Part shown: one piece after another, positions 59,276 to 64,000 of the stretch
Position numbering within the stretch: the first letter of the stretch is position 1
Layout: the number at the start of each line of letters is the position of its first letter
From: an uncultured delta proteobacterium
GTDB lineage: Bacteria > Desulfobacterota > Binatia > Binatales > Binataceae
Direction: 5' to 3'
DNA: 64,000 nucleotides
Assembly: GCA_963808235.1 (NCBI GenBank)
Contig: CAWEEQ010000004.1
Span: 1,792,001-1,856,000, forward strand
The notes under the pieces: generated by a model
The model's database searches: none
The model's input: only the letters and a program-made list of their open reading frames with translations
Told to the model about the DNA's origin: nothing
Program-made: the position numbers and the translations under genes

Positions 59276-59581
59276 CATCCGGATCCGGTCCTTCCTCCTC
59301 CCCCGCGCTCAGCTTATGTACTTTCCTACTGTAGTGGTGTAAGATAATTCAGTGTTGAAGCAGCACCCACCTTTCTCAATTGAGTAACCCAGGCACAAAA
59401 ACCCACGCTCGAAATTCCCATCTCCCCCGAAATAACCGCCGCGGCAAGAGCCGGCAAGGCAGCCGCTCACCGGATTCCCAAAAATAAACCCGCCCAAACA
59501 CGAGGTATTTCCGGCACCCACTGCCCATTGGCGACAAGATCGCACATACTGTTACCATTAGTGCCCGTGAGCACTACATCA

Positions 59582-61090
59582 ATGGGCGCAAGCGTATCGA
59601 GTCCTAATTTCGACGAGCCGGTCAAAGACCCGGGCACCGGCGCGGCGGTTCTAATCGCGGACGACGATCCCGCGATCCGCCTTGTTTTGAGGCATCGTCT
59701 CGAAGCCGACGGACTGCGCGTCGAAGAGGCAGCCGACAGCGCGGCGGCACTCGCGGCGCTGCACAGTAACCGCTTCGACGTCGCGCTCCTCGATATCATC
59801 ATGCCCGGCGCGGGCGGCCTCGAGGTCCTGTCCGCCGCGCACGCCGAGGGCGTCCGCACCTTGATCATCGTGATCACCGCGGCGAGCACGATGAACAATG
59901 CGGTCGAGGCGATGAAGCGCGGCGCGCACGACTACCTGACCAAGCCGTTTGCAAATCTCGACCTGGTCGCAGCCGCGGTGCGCCGCGCGATCGAAATCGC
60001 AGCGCAGGCTGCCTCGCTCAATCGGCTCAAGGACGAGGTGAATCGCCAACTGGTCGGCGGCGAGATCATCGGGCGCAGCCCCGCGATGCAGGACGTGTAC
60101 AAGTTGATCGGCCGGGTCGTTACCAACGACGCGACCGTGTTGCTGAGCGGTGAAAGCGGGACCGGAAAGGAACTGGTCGCACGTGCGATTCATTTCAAGT
60201 CCGCGCGATGGCGCTCGCCGTTCGTCGCCGTCAACTGCTCCGCGATTCCGCAGGGGCTGCTCGAAAGCGAGCTGTTCGGGCATGAGCGCGGATCGTTCAC
60301 CGGCGCGACCGAGCGCCGCGCCGGCAAATTCGAGATGGCCGACGGCGGCACGATCTTCCTCGACGAGATCGGCGACCTGCCGGTCGAGTTGCAGCCCAAG
60401 CTGCTGCGCGTGTTGCAGGAGCGCGAGTTCAACCGGGTCGGCAGCGTCGAGACGCTGAAGCTGAAGGCGCGCGTGATCGCGGCGACCAACCAGAACCTCG
60501 AGACTCTGGTCGCGCAGCGCAAATTCCGTGAGGATCTGTACTTCCGACTCCGGGTGATTCCGATCGAGATGCCGGCGCTGCGCGAGCGCCGCGAAGATAT
60601 CGCCGAGCTTGCAAATTATTTCGTGAGCAAGGCGGCCGACGAGATGGGCGCGCGCGCCAGTACGCTCAGCCCCGAGGCGCGCGCCAAGCTTGAGAACTCG
60701 AACTGGCCGGGCAACGTGCGCGAGCTGGAAAACGCGGTGATGCGCGCGGCGCTGCTCGCGCCGGGCACCACAATCCGCGCCGAAGATATCGAACTCACAC
60801 GCCCGGGCGGAGTTGGCGCGGGCGCCGGTCTCCATCCCGACGGCACCCCGCTCGGCGAAATAATCTCGGGCCGCATCGCGGGATGGTTCGATTCGCCGGG
60901 CGGCGAAGAGCCGCGCGATTTGTACCATCGACTGGTTGCCGAGATCGAACGGCCGCTGGTCGAACTCGCGCTGAAACGGGCCGGCGGCAACCAGGTCCGC
61001 GCGGCGCGGATGCTCGGGCTCAATCGCAACACGCTGCGAAAGAAAATTACCGACCACAAGATCGTCCTGACCAAGTTCCCCGGCGCATGA
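59582..61090 (+). CDS. ntrC: Sigma54-dependent response regulator, NtrC-like
   Basis: REC domain, [58 protein letters not shown]. Confidence 0.88.
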   Translation: MGASVSSPNFDEPVKDPGTGAAVLIADDDPAIRLVLRHRLEADGLRVEEAADSAAALAALHSNRFDVALLDIIMPGAGGLEVLSAAHAEGVRTLIIVITAASTMNNAVEAMKRGAHDYLTKPFANLDLVAAAVRRAIEIAAQAASLNRLKDEVNRQLVGGEIIGRSPAMQDVYKLIGRVVTNDATVLLSGESGTGKELVARAIHFKSARWRSPFVAVNCSAIPQGLLESELFGHERGSFTGATERRAGKFEMADGGTIFLDEIGDLPVELQPKLLRVLQEREFNRVGSVETLKLKARVIAATNQNLETLVAQRKFREDLYFRLRVIPIEMPALRERREDIAELANYFVSKAADEMGARASTLSPEARAKLENSNWPGNVRELENAVMRAALLAPGTTIRAEDIELTRPGGVGAGAGLHPDGTPLGEIISGRIAGWFDSPGGEEPRDLYHRLVAEIERPLVELALKRAGGNQVRAARMLGLNRNTLRKKITDHKIVLTKFPGA

Positions 61091-61128
61091 TCGGTAGCGA
61101 CTGACCAGGAATCTCGCGCTCTCTCGCG

Positions 61129-61734
61129 ATGAAGATACCTTCGCACTTTTACGCGATGGTCGACGTGGCCTTTGCGCACGAGCCGGTCGCGCTCGCCGCG
61201 ACGATGCTCGACGCCGGTGCGCGGATCATGCAGCTGCGGTTGAAGGACGTGCCGGCGCGCGACTTCCTTGCGGCGGCGCGCGCGATCGCCGCGCTTTGCC
61301 GTGCCCATGATGCGATTCTGATCGTGAACGATCGGGTGGATATCGCGATGCTCGCCAATGCGCACGGGGTGCATCTCGGGCAGGACGATCTACCGCTCGC
61401 CGCCGCGCGGCGGATCGCCGGTGCGAGCGCGATCGTCGGAGTGTCGACGCATAGCGTCGAGCAGGCGCGCGCGGCCGAAGATGGTGGCGCGGACTATATC
61501 GGATTCGGCCCGATGTATCCGGGCGGCCTGAAGAACATCGTCGCAGGCCGGGGCCTCGAGAACCTTCGCGCGGTGCGTGCAGCGGTCAAGATTCCGATCG
61601 TCGCGATTGGCGGGATCACCGAAGCGACGGTTCCGGAAATTCTGGCGGCTGGCGCCGATGCTGCCGCGATCATCACCGACGTGCTCGCGGCGCGCGACGT
61701 CGGCGCAAAAGTGCGCTCGATCCTCGCCTTATAA
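61129..61734 (+). CDS. thiE: Thiamine-phosphate synthase
   Basis: QLR.K, IVNDRVD, GVHLGQDD, GVSTH, ADYIGFGP, VAIGGI. Confidence 0.95.
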   Translation: MKIPSHFYAMVDVAFAHEPVALAATMLDAGARIMQLRLKDVPARDFLAAARAIAALCRAHDAILIVNDRVDIAMLANAHGVHLGQDDLPLAAARRIAGASAIVGVSTHSVEQARAAEDGGADYIGFGPMYPGGLKNIVAGRGLENLRAVRAAVKIPIVAIGGITEATVPEILAAGADAAAIITDVLAARDVGAKVRSILAL

Positions 61735-61738
61735 CTTG

Positions 61739-62149
61739 TCAGGGAAGGATCTCAAAGCGGCCGAGGCGGTGTGGCCGGTAGACTTCGAAGTCGTGCCGGT
61801 CGATGGTAAAGACGCGCCGCAGACGCTCGCGCTCGGCAACCCGCACGAGCGCGGCGTCGGCGAGGTCCATCGGCAGGTCGCGGTATTTCCACATCAACTC
61901 GCGCATCCGCGGACAATCGTCGTGCCCAAGCTCAACGAATCGCACAGCGCCGACGTTTATCATGCCCCACAACGCGCGCTGGGCATCGGCAGATGACCGC
62001 AGCTGATACATCGCTTCCGTAAAGGCAGGCCAGACTGTGCCCAGCGGGTCGCGAATGGTCGTCAGCGCGTCCCGGCAACTCTGGTGATGAGAGTCACCGC
62101 GATCGATTAGCGCGACGAGCGGTCCGGCGTCGACCAGTACGGTGGCCAT
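61739..62149 (-). CDS. vapC: PIN-domain toxin (VapC)
   Basis: VLVDAGPL, TEA, KY.DLPMDLADAALV, FTID..DF. Confidence 0.9.
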   Translation of the reverse strand: MATVLVDAGPLVALIDRGDSHHQSCRDALTTIRDPLGTVWPAFTEAMYQLRSSADAQRALWGMINVGAVRFVELGHDDCPRMRELMWKYRDLPMDLADAALVRVAERERLRRVFTIDRHDFEVYRPHRLGRFEILP

Positions 62150-62402
62150 TGCTCTTTTCCCGCAAGAGTTGGGCGAAGCGCTCGCCGGTCCGCTCGGAGA
62201 GTCGCATGCCGCCACTATCCCAGCATCCGAGCAGATGGGCCATCGCCTGGGCGGGCGGCACGGGCGCGCGCCGATTGCCTTGCTCGCGCAAACTCTCAAG
62301 CGCCTGGCGCACCACTTCGGACTTGGTGCGGCCGGTCTCTCGTGCGACCCGGTCGAGGAAGCTCGCGGTACTCGGATCGACTCTAACGTTCAGCGCGCTC
62401 AT
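62094..62402 (-). CDS. RHH/CopG-type antitoxin
   Basis: LNVRVD...LDR.AR.TGRTKSEVVRQAL; upstream of and overlapping the PIN gene. Confidence 0.85.
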   Translation of the reverse strand: MSALNVRVDPSTASFLDRVARETGRTKSEVVRQALESLREQGNRRAPVPPAQAMAHLLGCWDSGGMRLSERTGERFAQLLREKSNGHRTGRRRTARRANRSR

Positions 62403-62412
62403 AATCGAAACT

Positions 62413-62431
62413 TGTATCACACCATGTAACA
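62413..62431. promoter_or_regulatory. Probable TA autoregulatory operator
   Basis: Adjacent near-palindromes TGTATCACA and TGTAACA just upstream of the antitoxin start. Confidence 0.45.
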
Positions 62432-62451
62432 CGTCGCCAGCCTAACGTGCA

Positions 62452-63114
62452 TCAGCTTCTTCGTGCGGCCTTGCGGGGTGCGGGGGTTTGCCACGGCAGA
62501 GTCGCGGCCGCGTCGTGAGCTTGATTCAAGGTTGCGACGACTTGCTCGAACTCGCGCCGCGCGTTCTCTGTCGAAGGAATCTTGTCGATCGGGAACCCGA
62601 CACGGTTTGCCCAACTCTGCCAGGTCTCGATCCGCTTAACGTGCGCGCCGCTATCAGTGTGGACGTCGTCGCCAAACGCGAGCATCCGAGCTTCGAGCAG
62701 GCGGGCATCGGTACCCAATTCTTTGGCGCTGCGCGAGGAGCGGATCTCGTCCATGCGGAGACTCTCGCGGCGGTCGAGCATTTTGAGCATCGACGTTGCG
62801 GTAGGCGGCAGGCTCGCGAGCTGCCACGGCTCGCGCGCGGACGCGATCGCATAGAGCGCCGGCCACAGACGCTGATGAACGTAGGTCATCTTGCCCGAGA
62901 GGAATCGGATGTAGATCACCTCGGGCAGGTCCATCAGGCGCATCCCGATCATGTAGATTTCATTGGCGAGCGGATGCGCCCACCAGGTTCCCTTGACCGG
63001 TCCGCCGGCCATCAGCGCGACCAGGCTCGGAAACGCGCGATCGGTCTCGAGCATGAGACCGAGCTCTCTGAGTGCCGATAGCGCGCCGTCGAAATCGGTC
63101 CGCGCGGCGCTCAT
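62452..63114 (-). CDS. Hypothetical protein, possibly AlkZ-related winged-helix
   Basis: PSLV...G.WW.HP, GKMTYVH.RLWPAL followed by an HTH-like segment; family call tentative. Confidence 0.55.
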   Translation of the reverse strand: MSAARTDFDGALSALRELGLMLETDRAFPSLVALMAGGPVKGTWWAHPLANEIYMIGMRLMDLPEVIYIRFLSGKMTYVHQRLWPALYAIASAREPWQLASLPPTATSMLKMLDRRESLRMDEIRSSRSAKELGTDARLLEARMLAFGDDVHTDSGAHVKRIETWQSWANRVGFPIDKIPSTENARREFEQVVATLNQAHDAAATLPWQTPAPRKAARRS

Positions 63115-63217
63115 CGTTTGTTGCTCCAGTTCGGATTACCCATAAACCAGTCTCATATATTATGCGCCGCGCACTCGCATCACTCGTTCGGTCGATTTGA
63201 ATTATGCGTGATACTAA

Positions 63218-63246
63218 TTCATACTTACGTACATGAAAAGTATGAA
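63218..63246. promoter_or_regulatory. Inverted-repeat operator of the second TA pair
   Basis: TTCATACTT-11 bp-AAGTATGAA overlapping the antitoxin start. Confidence 0.65.
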
Positions 63247-63463
63247 GGCTCGGGTAGCTGAGCGCGGCCAAGTGACCATCCCGAAGCGGCTCAGGGAAAG
63301 GCTGGGCGTGAAAGCCGGTACGATCCTGGAGTTCAGCGAAGAACACGGACGGCTGATCGCGGTCAAAAGCGGAAGTATCGATCCGGTCAGCGAGGTGTAC
63401 GGGTGTCTCGGGAAAAGAATCAACACTGACGCCATCATGACGCAGCTTCGCGAGCGTCAGTGA
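63233..63463 (+). CDS. AbrB/MazE/SpoVT-type antitoxin
   Basis: ERGQVTIPK.LRE.LG...G..LEF. Confidence 0.9.
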   Translation: MKSMKARVAERGQVTIPKRLRERLGVKAGTILEFSEEHGRLIAVKSGSIDPVSEVYGCLGKRINTDAIMTQLRERQ

Positions 63464-63873
63464 TCACGGCAATCGATACCAATGTGCTGCTGGACGTGTT
63501 CGGCGCCGACCCAAAGTTTGCGCCGGCATCCGCGGAGGCAATCCGAACCTGCCTGAGCGAAGGGGCATTGGTGGCTTCGGAAGTGGTATGGGCCGAGTCA
63601 GCAACCGTGTTCGGCGACGCAAGACGTTTTCGGGAGGCAATGGATCGCCTGACGGCCACGTTCTCCCCGATGACGGAAGAGGCTGCGATTAAGGCGGCGC
63701 AAGCTTGGCGGCGTTACCGGGCAGGCGGAGGCCGACGCGACCGGATCGCGGCCGATTTTCTGATCGGCGCACATGCTATGGTCGCCGCTGACCGTCTCCT
63801 AACCCGCGATCGCGGTTTTTACCGTCAATATTTTGCAGGGCTCCGGGTAGTCGATCCCACCTCAGGGCGTTAA
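63460..63873 (+). CDS. vapC: PIN-domain toxin (VapC)
   Basis: AIDTNVLLD, V.AE, ADFLIGAHA, LLTRD; GTGA overlap with the antitoxin. Confidence 0.92.
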   Translation: MITAIDTNVLLDVFGADPKFAPASAEAIRTCLSEGALVASEVVWAESATVFGDARRFREAMDRLTATFSPMTEEAAIKAAQAWRRYRAGGGRRDRIAADFLIGAHAMVAADRLLTRDRGFYRQYFAGLRVVDPTSGR

Positions 63874-64000
63874 GGCGCTTGCAGTAGCTTCCAATCGGGC
63901 AAATTGGTTTGCCGTGGAACCGACTTGGACGGCGCTGCGGTGGCGGGCGAACCGTTGGAGCCTTAAGCTGGTGGTGTCGGGATCGACATACGAATCGAGT

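Noticed and set aside
58133-59581. Replication origin or group II intron in the ntrB-ntrC gap
   Set aside because: Only one DnaA-box-like 9-mer (near 59246) and no dnaA context; a GTGCG is present but no domain V or reverse transcriptase ORF is recognisable.
59651-61057. Long antisense ORFs (e.g. 59651-61057, 8718-9857, 45112-46257, 16973-18106)
   Set aside because: Shadow ORFs of well-supported genes in GC-rich DNA, with no recognisable motifs.
62440-62446. Integron attC core (GTTAGGC on the minus strand) upstream of the TA pair
   Set aside because: No matching RYYYAAC or paired attC stem and no integrase; a 7-mer alone is insufficient.
63134-63170. dif-like site (minus strand GCGGCGCATAA...TTATGGGTAAT)
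   Set aside because: The half-sites are 14 bp apart instead of 6 and the XerD-like arm is degenerate.

Overview
GC-rich bacterial chromosomal window; gene content and style suggest an uncultured soil or sediment lineage such as Ca. Binatota, which is inference only. In order it contains: the tail of a probable kaiC followed by kaiB-kaiB, a PAS/GAF kinase, a receiver and a second kinase; tRNA-Arg(UCG) abutting a PD-(D/E)XK-like gene; and a TetR/HlyD/ABC efflux operon. Next comes a small GIY-YIG nuclease gene nested in palindromic REP-like repeats and two degenerate 15-bp tandem arrays, the most unusual locus here. A two-component/DksA region with three sigma54-type promoters follows, then two CYTH genes with a CPA2 antiporter, an ECF sigma factor, a CoA/aromatic catabolic cluster and a hybrid kinase with a duplicated PAS module. 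The right half holds tRNA-Gly(CCC), housekeeping genes (mpg, DUF62, dCMP deaminase, pepP, ECF transporter, DHS-like, tatD, ispF, moeA, lytic transglycosylase), ntrB/ntrC-like genes split by a 1.4-kb A/C-skewed insert, thiE and two VapBC-type toxin-antitoxin pairs. At least five loci (six genes) carry single-base indels, three of which can be repaired at the same TCGAACGTC motif, so some apparent pseudogenes and fusions may be sequencing errors. All calls come from reading motifs by eye; no database search was run.
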